From contig CAVYKI010000010.1 of the NCBI GenBank assembly GCA_963769025.1, positions 1 to 64,000 of the forward strand: 64,000 nt of DNA, given 5' to 3'. This DNA is from an uncultured Verrucomicrobiae bacterium. GTDB taxonomy: Bacteria; Verrucomicrobiota; Verrucomicrobiia; Chthoniobacterales; Chthoniobacteraceae. Below, piece by piece: positions 28,354 through 39,566 of this stretch. The number at the start of each line of letters is the position of its first letter. The stretch's first letter is position 1. The notes beneath the pieces were generated by a model. That model had not been told where the DNA came from, did not search any database, and worked only from the letters and a program-made list of their open reading frames with translations. The position numbers and the translations under genes were made by a program.

Positions 28354-28440
28354 CGGAGCGGCGCCCAGCGGGCTTCCTCAGGACGCCTTGACCGATTTCG
28401 CCTTTTCTGTCGCAGTCCCGCGCCGCTGATCCTCCGACCC

Positions 28441-29949
28441 ATGCTCCCACCGATCGCCTCCCTGCCTCCCGTCGCGGTGTCCTATTGGCCGTTCGTCATC
28501 CTCGCCGTGTCGGTGGTGTTCATCATCGTCACCATCACCAAGCTGCGCATGCACCCCTTCATCGCGCTGATCCTCGCGGCGTTCCTCGCGGGGTTCATGA
28601 CGGTGGACTTCAAGCCCGAGCAACTCGCGAAGGTCTCCACGAGCATGCGAGGAGACGCGAAGGCCAACTCCTGGGTCGCCGCCGTGGAACTCACCGCGGT
28701 CGAATTCGGCGGCGCCGCCGGGGCCATCGCCATCTCGATCGGCCTCGCGTCGATCATCGGCCTGTGCCTCATGGAAAGCGGGGCGGCGGACAAGGTCGTG
28801 CGCCGGTTCCTCGGCGCATTCGGGGAGAAAAGGGCGGGGCTCGCGCTGCTGGCGAGCACGTACGTGCTGTCGATCCCCATCTTCTTTGACACGATGTTCA
28901 TGCTCATGGTGCCGCTGGCGAAGGCGCTCCGGCTGCGAACGGGCAAGGACTACATGCTCTACCTCATGTGCATTTGCATCGGCGGAGTTGTCACGCATTC
29001 GCTCACCGTGCCGCACCCCGGACCGCTCGCGATGGTGGACAATCTGCGCGTGGACCCGGGCATCTCGCTGCTCGTCGGCATCGCCGCGGGCATCCTGCCG
29101 TGCATCGCGGGGTTTTTCGTCGCCCGCTGGCTGAACGGACGCACGGAAATCCCGCTGCGCGAAACGCCCGGCGTGACGCTCGATGAACTCAAGGGCATCT
29201 CCAACCAGCCCGAGAGCGCGCTGCCCTCCTTCTTCTGGAGCATCACCCCGGTCATCCTCCCGATCCTCCTCATCACCGCGGCGTCGTTTTTCAAAATCAC
29301 CCAAGGCACTGCGGTCGAAGGCTGGTTCGGCGGCAGCGACACATTTGCCACCGCGGCGAAAGTCTCATTTTTTGTCGGCAACAAAAACATCGCCCTCGCC
29401 ATCGGCACCGTGATCGCGCTCTGGGTGCTGGCCCGGCAGCGGAACCTGAGCTTTGCCCGCATCGAGGCCCTCCTCGGCCCGCCCATCGAGACTGCGGGCG
29501 TGATCATCCTCATCACCGCCGCAGGCGGGGCGTTTGGCGGAATGCTCCGCAATGCGGGCGTCGGCGACGCCATCGCCGATGTCGCCAAGACCTACTCCAT
29601 TCCGCTGCTCGTCCTCGCGTGGCTCACCGCCGCCGTTATCCGCATCGCGCAGGGCTCCGCCACCGTGGCGATCCTCACCACCTCGGCGATCATCTGGCCG
29701 ATGATGGACCCCGCCGTCGCCGGCAACGCCCCGCTCGCGTACAATCCGATGTACGTCTTCCTGAGCATCGGCTTCGGCGCATTCTGCTGCTCGTGGATGA
29801 ACGACTCGGGCTTCTGGGTGGTGAACCGGCTCAGCGGAATGACCGAAAAGGAGACGCTGAAGAGCTGGACGGTCATGCTCACGGTGGTCTCGATCTTCGG
29901 CCTGCTGCTCACGCTCGGCATGGCGGCCATCCTGCCTTTGGCAAAATAG
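28441..29949 (+). CDS. GntP family (gluconate:H+) permease
   Basis: KLRMHPFIAL, IPIFFD, PHPGPLA, ITAAGGAFG, RIAQGSATVA, WMNDSGFWVV. Confidence 0.92.
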   Translation: MLPPIASLPPVAVSYWPFVILAVSVVFIIVTITKLRMHPFIALILAAFLAGFMTVDFKPEQLAKVSTSMRGDAKANSWVAAVELTAVEFGGAAGAIAISIGLASIIGLCLMESGAADKVVRRFLGAFGEKRAGLALLASTYVLSIPIFFDTMFMLMVPLAKALRLRTGKDYMLYLMCICIGGVVTHSLTVPHPGPLAMVDNLRVDPGISLLVGIAAGILPCIAGFFVARWLNGRTEIPLRETPGVTLDELKGISNQPESALPSFFWSITPVILPILLITAASFFKITQGTAVEGWFGGSDTFATAAKVSFFVGNKNIALAIGTVIALWVLARQRNLSFARIEALLGPPIETAGVIILITAAGGAFGGMLRNAGVGDAIADVAKTYSIPLLVLAWLTAAVIRIAQGSATVAILTTSAIIWPMMDPAVAGNAPLAYNPMYVFLSIGFGAFCCSWMNDSGFWVVNRLSGMTEKETLKSWTVMLTVVSIFGLLLTLGMAAILPLAK

Positions 29950-30116
29950 GCCGCGTTTTTGCCCCCCCGGCGCACGGATGGCCACCGGGGATCGCGGCGG
30001 GACTCCAATAAAAGCCACCATCGGAATTGGTGCGTCACCGCTCGCAATTTTCCGCGTGGACATTTCCGGGGAATCGTTTGTCCTGTCGCGCCGACCTTCA
30101 CCCCACGGAAAAACGA

Positions 30117-31145
30117 ATGAGCCCCCTCCAATCCACGCCCCCCGCACAGAACCCCGCCAGCGAGGCCGACGTCATCGCCATCGACCAGCTCCGTGAGCTG
30201 TACGGCCGGATCCGCACCGAACTCGCGAAGGTTATTATCGGCCAGGACAAGGTCATCGAGCAATTGCTCACGTGCGTCTTTGCGCGCGGGCACGCGTTGC
30301 TCATGGGCGTGCCGGGCCTCGCGAAGACGCTGCTCATCCACTCGCTGGCCGATCTGATGTCGCTGAGCTTCAGCCGCATTCAGTTCACGCCGGACCTCAT
30401 GCCGAGCGACATCACGGGGACGGAGATCTTGCAGGAGACGGAGACGGCGGGACGCCGCCAGTTCGAATTCGTGAAGGGGCCGATTTTCGCGAACATCGTG
30501 CTCGCGGATGAAATCAACCGCACGCCGCCGAAGACGCAGGCCGCGCTGCTTCAGGCGATGCAGGAGCAGAAGGTGAATTCCGGCAAACACAGCTTCACGC
30601 TGGAGAAGCCGTTCTTCGTCCTCGCGACGCAGAATCCCATCGAGCAGGAGGGCACGTATCCGCTGCCCGAGGCGCAGCTCGACCGGTTCATGTTCCTCAT
30701 CAACGTCGGCTACCCAAGCGCCGCGGAGGAATTGCAAATCGCGAAGACCACGACCGGTGCCGCGCAGGAGGCGCTGAACAAGCTCATCGGCGGCGAGGAA
30801 ATCCTGAAATTCCAGGACATCGTCCGCCGCGTGCCGGTGCCGGACCACGTGTACGAATACGCCGTGAAGCTCGTGCGCAAATGCCGCCCCGGCGGCGAAG
30901 AGGCGCCGGACTGGATCAAGAAATTCGTGATGTGGGGCCCCGGCCCGCGCGCCGTGCAGTATCTCGTGCTCGGGGCAAAGGCGCGCGCCGTCCTCTACGG
31001 CAGCTACCTCGCGAGGCTCGAGGACATGCTCGCCGTCGCCGAGCCCGTGCTGGCGCACCGCATCCTGGTGAATTTCCACGCGGAGAGCGAAGGCATCGAC
31101 AGCGCGGAGATCATCCGGCGCGTGATCAAGGAGACCGAGAGCTAG
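30117..31145 (+). CDS. moxR: MoxR family AAA+ ATPase
   Basis: GVPGLAKT, RIQFTPDLMPSDITG, LADEINRTPPKTQ, ATQNPIEQEGTYPLPEAQLDRF. Confidence 0.96.
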   Translation: MSPLQSTPPAQNPASEADVIAIDQLRELYGRIRTELAKVIIGQDKVIEQLLTCVFARGHALLMGVPGLAKTLLIHSLADLMSLSFSRIQFTPDLMPSDITGTEILQETETAGRRQFEFVKGPIFANIVLADEINRTPPKTQAALLQAMQEQKVNSGKHSFTLEKPFFVLATQNPIEQEGTYPLPEAQLDRFMFLINVGYPSAAEELQIAKTTTGAAQEALNKLIGGEEILKFQDIVRRVPVPDHVYEYAVKLVRKCRPGGEEAPDWIKKFVMWGPGPRAVQYLVLGAKARAVLYGSYLARLEDMLAVAEPVLAHRILVNFHAESEGIDSAEIIRRVIKETES

Positions 31146-31164
31146 GCGTCCTCCCCCGGACATC

Positions 31165-32088
31165 ATGGCCGACATCCCGCAAAACATTGATTTCCTCGAC
31201 CAGGGGGTCGTGGGCCGTCTGTCGCGGCTGATCCTGAATGTCCGCAATCCGATGCTCGGCTCGGTGAACGGGCTGCATCGTTCCGCGACGCGCGGGGCGA
31301 GCGTGGAGTTTGCGGAATACCGGAAGTATTCGCCGGGGGATGACATCAAGTTTCTCGACTGGCGGGTGTTTGCGCGGACGGACAAATTTTTCATCCGCGA
31401 GTTCGAGGCGGACACGAATCTGCGCTGCTACCTCGTCGTGGACACGAGCGCGTCGATGAAGTTTTCCAGCGCGGCGGACGGCAGCACGCGCTTCGACTAC
31501 GCGCGGCAGCTCGCGGCGACCATCGCGCACATGCTCGTGCATCAGGGCGATTCGGTGGGGCTCACGTGCTTTGCCGACAAAGTGATCGATCTCCCGCCGC
31601 GCCACACGCCGTCGCATCTGCGCCAGCTCTACCAGACGCTCGCGGAGACGCAGCCGCAGGGGGAATCGAACATCGTCCAGACGTTGCACGATTTCGCCGA
31701 GCGCATCCGGCAGCGCGCGCTGGTGATCGTCGTGAGCGACCTCTTCACCGAAGTGCCGGCGCTGCTCGACTGCATCAAGCACCTGCGTTTTTACAAACAC
31801 GACGTCGCCGTGTTTCACCTGCTGGACCGGCAGGAGTTCGATTTCGATTTCACGCGCCCTGTGCGCTTCGTGGACCTCGAGACCGGCGCGGATCTCATCA
31901 CCGATCCGAGCGTCGTGCGCGACGCCTACCGCGAGGCGCTGATGGATTATCTCGAGGCGATCCGGCACGGCTGCCGGCAATTCCACGTGGACTACCACCT
32001 CACGTATCTCGACCAGCCGTTCGAGGGGATGCTCACGAACTTCCTGCTGAAGCGAATCCGCCAGTCCAAGAAAGGCGGAAGGCGATGA
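31165..32088 (+). CDS. DUF58 domain protein
   Basis: GASVEFAEYRKYSPGDD..DWRVFAR, VDTSASM, VVSDL. Confidence 0.93.
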   Translation: MADIPQNIDFLDQGVVGRLSRLILNVRNPMLGSVNGLHRSATRGASVEFAEYRKYSPGDDIKFLDWRVFARTDKFFIREFEADTNLRCYLVVDTSASMKFSSAADGSTRFDYARQLAATIAHMLVHQGDSVGLTCFADKVIDLPPRHTPSHLRQLYQTLAETQPQGESNIVQTLHDFAERIRQRALVIVVSDLFTEVPALLDCIKHLRFYKHDVAVFHLLDRQEFDFDFTRPVRFVDLETGADLITDPSVVRDAYREALMDYLEAIRHGCRQFHVDYHLTYLDQPFEGMLTNFLLKRIRQSKKGGRR

Positions 32089-34121
32089 GCTACTTGCAGC
32101 CGTGGATGCTGTGGGCGCTGCCGGCGGTGCTGCTGCCGATCATCATCCACCTGCTGAACCGCCTGCGCTATCGCACGGTGCATTGGGGCGCGATGATGTT
32201 CCTGCTCAAGGCGAACAAGGCGGCGACGCGGCGCGCAAAGATCCGCCAATATCTGCTGCTGCTGTTCCGCGCGCTCGTGATCCTTTTCCTCATCTGGGCA
32301 ATGTCGAGGCCCATCGTCGGCGGTTGGATCGGCAGCGCGGCGGGCGGCGCGCCGGAAGTGGTGCTCGTGCTGCTCGACCGTTCGGCGAGCATGGAAGGGC
32401 GCGGGCCGGACCAGCAGGAAAGCAAACGCCAGCACGCGATCGCGCTGCTCACGCAGGCGGCGAAGCAGAGCGCCGGCAGCCGCTTCGTGCTCATCGAAAA
32501 CGCCCTGCGCCAGCCGCTCGAAATCGCGGACACCGCGGCGCTCGGCACGATGCAGATGGCCTCGGCGACGGACACCGCTGCGGACATTCCCGCGATGCTG
32601 CGCACGGCGCTGGATTATCTCTCGAAAAACAAGCCCGGCAGCGCCGAAGTATGGCTCGCGAGCGACATGCAGGAGAGCAATTGGCGCGCGGACAGCGCGG
32701 AGTGGCAGGACATCGCGGCGCGCTTCGCCGGCCTGCCGCAGGAGACGAACGTGCGTGTGCTCGACCTTTCCTCGACCGGCGGGACGAATGTGAGCATCGG
32801 TTTGAAGAGCGCCGATTTTCGCGTGCGCGATCCGAAGACCGGCAAGGGGCAGCTCGCTCTCGGATTTGAAATCAAGACGAACGGGAAGACGGGGACGTTC
32901 CCGCTGCTCGTGACGCGCGACGGCGCGAAGAGCGAGATGGACGTGACGATCACCGCGCCGGTGCAGCGGCAGACGATGAAATTTGAAGTGCCAAAACTCG
33001 ACGCGGCCGGCGCGTGGGGAAAGCTGGAGTTGCCGGCGGACGACAACACCGCGGACAACACCGCGTATTTCGTCCACCGCCCGCCGACTCCGCTCCACGC
33101 CACGGTGATCGGTGAGGCGACGGCCACGGCGAAGATCGTCCGCTTTGCGGCCGCTCCCGACCCGACGCGCACAGATCGCACGGCAGAGGCGCTCACGCCG
33201 GCACGCGCGTCCGGGGCGCGCTGGAAGGATTCCGCGCTGGTCGTGTGGCAGGGCGCTGCGCCCGGCGAGGCGGAGGCGAAGGCGCTGAAACAGTTCGTCA
33301 ATGACGGCGGCGTGCTGCTTGCCTTCCCGCCCGGCGGCAGCGCGACGGGCATTTCAGCAGGGCCGGCAGGCGTTTCGTGGGGCGAGATCGAAAAGAGCGG
33401 CAAGGATGCCTTCCGCGTCACCGCGTGGGACGATCTCGACGGCCCGCTGGCACGCACTGACGCCGGCACGCCGCTTCCACTCGCGCGACTCGCGGTGGAG
33501 CAACGGCAGACTCCGCGCTCCGACGGCGGGACGGCGCATGTCTATGGAGCGTTCGCCGATGGCCAGCCTTTCCTCACCGGGAAAGGTGTCGGCAAGGGAT
33601 ACGTCTTTGCATGCTCGACACTGCCGGAAGACGACTGGAGCACGCTCGGCGAGGGCTTCGTGCTGCTGCCGATGGTGCAGCGGCTGCTCACATTGGGTGG
33701 AGCGCATCTCGCGCCTCCCGCGCTCGCCATCGCCGGTGAATGGAACCCCGAGGACGGCGAGGGAAGCTGGGCACCCGTCGAGACCGACCGGCGGCGCGAT
33801 CCGCGATGGAATGCAGGCGTTTACCGCAACGGCGCGCAACTCATCGCGCTCAACCGTCCCGATGCGGAGGACGTGCCCGAACTCGTCGAGGCTGCGCGCC
33901 TGCCCGAGCTTCTCCGCGGCGCGAAGCTCACGGTGATGACCGGCGCGCTCGAACTGAAAGCGGACCGCCTGATGAGCGAAATCTGGCCCGCCATGATCAT
34001 CGCCACGATGCTTTTCATGTGCCTCGAAATGCTGCTCGCCACGAGCAAGGCGATGCTGCCGGTGAAGCCGAAACCGAAGGCTGCGGCGCGCGCGGAAAAG
34101 AAAGAGGAGGTGGCGGCGTGA
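32085..34121 (+). CDS. BatA N-terminal / vWA domain membrane protein
   Basis: LPIIIHLLNR..VHWGAMMFL, LLDRSASM (MIDAS), ASDMQ, DDNTADN. Confidence 0.9.
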   Translation: MSYLQPWMLWALPAVLLPIIIHLLNRLRYRTVHWGAMMFLLKANKAATRRAKIRQYLLLLFRALVILFLIWAMSRPIVGGWIGSAAGGAPEVVLVLLDRSASMEGRGPDQQESKRQHAIALLTQAAKQSAGSRFVLIENALRQPLEIADTAALGTMQMASATDTAADIPAMLRTALDYLSKNKPGSAEVWLASDMQESNWRADSAEWQDIAARFAGLPQETNVRVLDLSSTGGTNVSIGLKSADFRVRDPKTGKGQLALGFEIKTNGKTGTFPLLVTRDGAKSEMDVTITAPVQRQTMKFEVPKLDAAGAWGKLELPADDNTADNTAYFVHRPPTPLHATVIGEATATAKIVRFAAAPDPTRTDRTAEALTPARASGARWKDSALVVWQGAAPGEAEAKALKQFVNDGGVLLAFPPGGSATGISAGPAGVSWGEIEKSGKDAFRVTAWDDLDGPLARTDAGTPLPLARLAVEQRQTPRSDGGTAHVYGAFADGQPFLTGKGVGKGYVFACSTLPEDDWSTLGEGFVLLPMVQRLLTLGGAHLAPPALAIAGEWNPEDGEGSWAPVETDRRRDPRWNAGVYRNGAQLIALNRPDAEDVPELVEAARLPELLRGAKLTVMTGALELKADRLMSEIWPAMIIATMLFMCLEMLLATSKAMLPVKPKPKAAARAEKKEEVAA

Positions 34122-36350
34122 TCGAAGGCTGGCAGATCAACATGGCTCCGTGGGCGCTCGGCATTGCCGGGACGTTCGTCCTCGCGTCGGTGTGGTTCTT
34201 TTTCCGCTCGCTGAAACGCGAAGGCAGCACGGGAGGAATGGTCGCGATGCACCTGCTGCGCCTCATCATCGCGGCGCTCGTTGCGCTCACATTTTTGCGG
34301 CCTGAGCGCGTCGTGGTGGCGAAGCGCAGCGAGCAGCCGCGCGTCATGGTGCTGTGGGATGGTTCGGGCAGCATGGGCACGCGCGATGTGGTCTCTGACG
34401 GAAAGACGACGACCTCGCGCGCGGAATGGGTGAAGTCGCAGGTGGATGCGAAATTTTGGGAGCCGCTGGAGAAGCGCTACCAGGTGAGCGTGGAGGCGTT
34501 CGCGCAGCCGCCCGCGGATCCGAAGGCGGACGTGGAGACGGAGATCGGCACGGATTTGAACGACCCGCTGGAGCGCGTGCGGCGCGACCATCCCGACCTT
34601 CGCGCGGTGCTGCTGCTCACGGACGGCGACTGGAATCTCGGCAAGTCGCCCATCACCGGCGCGACCGGGCTCGCGCAGCGCGACGTGCCGGTCTTTGCCA
34701 TCGGCACGGGCAGCGAGACGTATCTGCCGGATCTCGAATTGCAGAGCGTGCTCGCGCCGACTTACGGGCTGCTGAATGAGCGCATCAGCGTTTTCGTCAC
34801 GTTGCAAAACCATCTCAACCGCGAAGTGAAGACGACGGTGACGGTGAGCGGGCCGGGCGGCGCGACGGGATCAAAGGCGGTGATTATTCCGCCGATGGCG
34901 CAAATTCAGGAAATGCTGGTTTTCACTCCCCAAACCGCAGGGCGAGGGCGACTTCACGGTGAAGGTGCCCGTCGAGCGGGAGGAGATTTTCCCGGAGAAC
35001 AACGAGAAGAAATTCCACATGGCGATCCGCAAGGAGACGCTGAAGGTGCTAGTCGTGGATTCGCAGCCGCGGTGGGAGTTCCGCTTCCTGCGAAACGCGC
35101 TCATGCGCGACCCCGGCGTGCAGGTGAATACGGTGCTCTTTCATCCGCAGCTCGGCATGGGCGAAGGCGCGGGCTATCTCGGGGCGTTCCCCACGAAGCG
35201 CGAGGATTTGCAGGGCTACGACGTGGTGTTCCTCGGCGATGTCGGCGTGACGAAAGGGATGCTCTCGACGGAACAGGCGACGCTGCTGCGCGGGCTCATC
35301 GAGCAGCAGGCGAGCGGGCTCGTCTTTCTCCCCGGTGCGCTCGGCTGGCAGAAGACGCTGAAGGATTCGCCGCTCGCGGACCTCGTGCCGGTGGAGACGG
35401 ACTACGACAAAGGCGCGGGCATGGTGAATTTCACGCAAGGCAGCGGCTTCACGAGCAGCGGCGAGACGCGGCTGGAACTGACCTTCCGCGGACGCGACCA
35501 CTGGCTGACGATGCTCGCGAACGGATCCGGCCGCGAACCAGGCCGTGTGGCGCGGACTGCCCGGGATTTTATTGGTACGCGCCAGTCGTGAAGGCGAAGC
35601 CGGGCTCGGAGGTGCTCGCGGTGCATGAGTCGGCGCGCAACGCAGTCGGGCCGCATCCCGCTGCTCGTCACGCGCAGCGCGGGCAGCGGCAAGGTGCTCT
35701 ACATGGGCACCGACGCGGCGTGGCGCTGGCGCAAGGGCGTGGAGGACACGTATCACTACCGCTTCTGGAGCCAGGTCGTCCGGTGGATGTCGCATCAGCG
35801 CCACCTCGCGCAGTCGGACGGGATGCGCTTTTTCTACACGCCCGAAGCGCCGAAGCGCGGCGACAAGGTGCGGCTGAGCGCGACCGTTCTCGACAAGCTC
35901 GGCACGCCGATCACCGAGGGTAAGACGACGGTGACGCTGAAAGCGCCGGGCGGCACGAGCGAGACGATCGAACTCGCGGCGGAGAATACCGAGTGGGGCG
36001 TTTCCACCGGAGTCTTCACACCGCGCGAAGGCGGGCGCTACGAAGTCGAGATCGCAAACGAAAGCGCGGGGCGGAAGATGAAGACGCAGATCGATGTGAG
36101 CGTTCCCACTTTGGAAAAGGTGGGCCTGCCCGCGAAGCTCGACGTCCTGCGCGAAATCGCGGCGCTCACCGGCGGCAGATTCGCCGCGCCCGGCGAGCTC
36201 GCGCAGGTCATCAGCAGCCTGAGCCTGCTGCCGGAACGGAAGCCGGAGGAACTGCGGTTTCGCCTGTGGTGCGACCCGTGGTGGTGCGGCGCGCTGCTGG
36301 CGCTGTTTTCGGCGTACTGGATCGGGCGGAAGATCGGGGGACTGGTGTGA
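34118..36350 (+). CDS. vWA plus glutamine-amidotransferase-like domain membrane protein, frameshifted near 34940, 35540 and 35645
   Basis: LWDGSGSM, LLTDGDWN, PRWEFRFLRNAL, YDVVFLGDV, GKVLYMGTD.AWRWR, C-terminal TM; pieces lie in three ORFs. Confidence 0.82.
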
Positions 36351-36431
36351 GCTTTCACCTCATAATTTCCTGACAACTCCGCGGTTTCCCTAAGCAGTTT
36401 CGCAGTTACACTCCCCAAAACCATTCCAGCC

Positions 36432-39400
36432 ATGAACTCCATCCATCTGCCGGATTCACTGGTCGCGCAGCTTCAAGCCTACGAGCGGAAATTGCGGCGC
36501 ATGGAAACCCTCGTCGCGGTGGCGGGCGGGCTCGCCGGACTCCTCATCACGTATGTGCTGCTGTTTGTGTTCGACCGGTTCGTAAACACGCCGGTGTGGG
36601 CGCGCGCGGTGCTGACCGCCACGGGCGCGGCGCTCGCGGCGTGGTTTGTGCATGGGTGGACACGGCACTGGCTGTGGAACCGCCGCGGTCCTGCGGACCT
36701 CGCGAAACTGCTCCAGAAGCATTTCCGCGTGCTCGGCGACCGACTGCAGGGCGTGATCGAGCTGACGCAGATCGAGGAACTGCCACCGAACATCTCCCCT
36801 GCCCTGCTCCGCGCAGCCATCCGCCAGGTCGCGGATGATTCGGGCCGCCATCAATTTGAGGACGCCGTGCCGAGGCGCCCTGCGCGCCGCTGGGCGCTCG
36901 CGGGAATCACCGCGACGGCGCTGACCGCCGCTCCGTTTGTCTTCGTGCCGCGCGCGGCGACGAATGCGCTGGAGCGCTGGGCGATGCCGTGGGCGGGCGT
37001 CGAGCGCTACACATTCACGACCGTCGAGACTCTGCCGGACGATCTCTACATTCCGCATGGCGAGCCGTTCGAGATGTCCGTCGGGCTCCGGCCGGACGCG
37101 GAATGGAAACCTTCGTCGGCAACGGCGCGCATCGAGCGGCAGGACAAACTCTCGGCGCAGGTGGAGGACAGCCGCGCGCTCTTCAAGTTCCCCGGCCAGA
37201 CGCGGGAGGGCAGCCTCAGCCTGCGCTTTGGCGACTACCTCAAGGACATCGCCGTGCATCCGCTTCACCGGCCGGAATTGAAAGGGCTCACGGCACTCGT
37301 GAAGCTGCCGGAATACCTCGGGCATCCGGATCAGCGCGTGCCGGTGAATGGCACCATCGCGGATTTCCTCACGGGCAGCAGCATTTCGTTTGAGGGGAAA
37401 ATCAGCCGCGGCGTCGGCAGCGGCGCGCTCACTGCGGGAACACTGAAACTCGACGCCAGCGCGAACGCCGAGACTTTCACCACTCCGCCTGCCGAGCTCG
37501 CGAAACTCGGAGCCGAGGTCTCGATGCGCTGGACGGACATCCACGGACTCACGCCGCTCCAGCCTTACACACTCAAGCTCGGCACGACGCAAGATGCTCC
37601 GCCGCGCGTGGATATCCAGAATCTCGATTCGCAGGAGATCGCGATTTTGCCGAATGAGGAGGTGCGCTTCACGCTCAGCGCGGTGGATGATTACGGGCTG
37701 AAGGAAATGTGGGTCTCCTGGACGGCTCGGAACCTCAACGACAAGCCGAAGGAACCGAAGAAGGCGGAAAAGGAAAAAGGCAAGGACTGGGTCGGGCAGC
37801 TCTGGGACGAGTGGAAGTCGCAGGCGGAAGTGAAGCCGGAGCCCGCCAAGCCTGCACCGGAATTGCCGCGCATCGGCGGCGGACAGACGGTGCGCGAGCT
37901 GACGCGCCCGCTCACATGGTCACCCGCGGCGCTCGGCGTGCCGCCGGATTCCGTGGTGGAGCTGACCGGCTACGCGCTGGACTTCCTGCCGAAGCGCGAG
38001 CCGACCACTTCCTGGAAGCTCACCATTTTCGTCCTGAGCCCGGAGAAGCATGCGGAACGCGTGCGCGAGCGGATGGACCAGGTGCTCAAGCAGCTCGACG
38101 AACGAATCCGCGACGAGGAGCGGGCCATCGAGGAAAACAAGGGCATCGCCGAGAACAAGGAGGACCTGAAGACGGACAAGGCGGCGGAGGAAATCAAGCG
38201 CGTCGAGGCCGGCGAGAAGGCAAACAAGGACGCGCTCGACAAGCTTTCGGAGCAGATGGCCGAGGTGATGAAGGACGCGTTGCGGAACAAGGAACTGCCG
38301 ACGGATACGCTGAACGAATGGAGCAAGATCGCGGACGCGTTGGAGAAGCAGGCTTCGCCGAAAATGGAGGAGGCGGCGCAGAACATGGCGCAGGCCAGCC
38401 AGTCGCCGCAGGAACGCGCAGAGGATCTGGAGAAGGCGATGCAGAACCAGCAGGAGGCGCTCGACGCGATGCGGCAGGGGGCGCAGAAGATGAAGACGAC
38501 GAACGAGAACCTTTTTGCGCGGAACTTTTACAACCGCCTGCGGCTCGCGGCGTCGGTCGAACACCAGATTTCCGACGGCCTGAAGAAGCTCGCGCGGGCG
38601 ACGGTGGGGCTGAAGCCGGAGGAAATCGGCGCGGGCGAAAAGAAGTCCTTCGAGAGCGTGGCCGGCAAGCAGGATGGCAACGTGAAGGACGTGGATGGGA
38701 TTCAGAATGACATGACGACATTCCTCCGCCGCATGCCGAATGAAAAATACCAGACGGTCGTGAGCGAGATGGAGGAAAAGCGCGCGGTGCCGGAACTCGG
38801 CGAGCTCGCGAATTCCGTCCGCGCGAACCTCGGGCTGAAATCCGTCGGCCGCGCGAAGATGTGGGGCGACCAGCTCAATGCATGGGCCGAGTTGCTGCGG
38901 GACGAGGCGCAGGGCGGCGGCAAAGGCGGCGGCGAGATGGATCCGGACATGATGGAGCTGATGATCGCGCTGGTCCGCGTGGCTGTCGGCGAGGACGCGA
39001 TCCGGGAGCAGACGGGCGAGCTGGAAAGGGCGAAGGACAAGAATCCGCACCATGCGGACGACAGCGCCAAGCTCGCGACGACGCAAAACCAGCTCAACGG
39101 CACGGTGCAGGACATCGGCGACAATCCGAAGTTTGCGAAGTTCATGGTCGATGTCGGCCCGTTGCTCGAACAGGTGAGTTCGCTCATGCGCGAGGTGTCC
39201 GGAGAATTGAACAAGCCGAACACGGGGGCTGAGACAGAGTCCGTCGAGAGCATCATCATCGAGTTGCTCGTGCCGCCCGCGAAGAAGGGCGGGAGCGAGA
39301 GCCAGTCGCCGGGGATGGCGCAGATGCAGCAGATGATGCAGCAAATGATGCAGCAGATGACGAAGAGCCGCACGGCTGGCGGGAACAATTCCAAGGCACC

Positions 39401-39566
39401 GAGCACGCTCGAAGGGACTGCGGCACAGGGCGCGACAGCGAAGGACAAGACGAACACGCGCACGGTCGAGAAGAGCGGCGGCGCGGCGAATGCGGGCGAA
39501 TGGCCGGAGGAATTCCGGGAGGCTTTGCAGGCTTACTTCCAGGCAATCGAGGAGCGGAAGAAATGA
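36432..39566 (+). CDS. Large membrane-anchored coiled-coil protein (DUF4175-like) of the MoxR operon
   Basis: N-terminal TMs, DAPPRV, DDYGL, Q/E/M-rich helical region, terminal PEEFREALQAYF. Confidence 0.85.
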   Translation: MNSIHLPDSLVAQLQAYERKLRRMETLVAVAGGLAGLLITYVLLFVFDRFVNTPVWARAVLTATGAALAAWFVHGWTRHWLWNRRGPADLAKLLQKHFRVLGDRLQGVIELTQIEELPPNISPALLRAAIRQVADDSGRHQFEDAVPRRPARRWALAGITATALTAAPFVFVPRAATNALERWAMPWAGVERYTFTTVETLPDDLYIPHGEPFEMSVGLRPDAEWKPSSATARIERQDKLSAQVEDSRALFKFPGQTREGSLSLRFGDYLKDIAVHPLHRPELKGLTALVKLPEYLGHPDQRVPVNGTIADFLTGSSISFEGKISRGVGSGALTAGTLKLDASANAETFTTPPAELAKLGAEVSMRWTDIHGLTPLQPYTLKLGTTQDAPPRVDIQNLDSQEIAILPNEEVRFTLSAVDDYGLKEMWVSWTARNLNDKPKEPKKAEKEKGKDWVGQLWDEWKSQAEVKPEPAKPAPELPRIGGGQTVRELTRPLTWSPAALGVPPDSVVELTGYALDFLPKREPTTSWKLTIFVLSPEKHAERVRERMDQVLKQLDERIRDEERAIEENKGIAENKEDLKTDKAAEEIKRVEAGEKANKDALDKLSEQMAEVMKDALRNKELPTDTLNEWSKIADALEKQASPKMEEAAQNMAQASQSPQERAEDLEKAMQNQQEALDAMRQGAQKMKTTNENLFARNFYNRLRLAASVEHQISDGLKKLARATVGLKPEEIGAGEKKSFESVAGKQDGNVKDVDGIQNDMTTFLRRMPNEKYQTVVSEMEEKRAVPELGELANSVRANLGLKSVGRAKMWGDQLNAWAELLRDEAQGGGKGGGEMDPDMMELMIALVRVAVGEDAIREQTGELERAKDKNPHHADDSAKLATTQNQLNGTVQDIGDNPKFAKFMVDVGPLLEQVSSLMREVSGELNKPNTGAETESVESIIIELLVPPAKKGGSESQSPGMAQMQQMMQQMMQQMTKSRTAGGNNSKAPSTLEGTAAQGATAKDKTNTRTVEKSGGAANAGEWPEEFREALQAYFQAIEERKK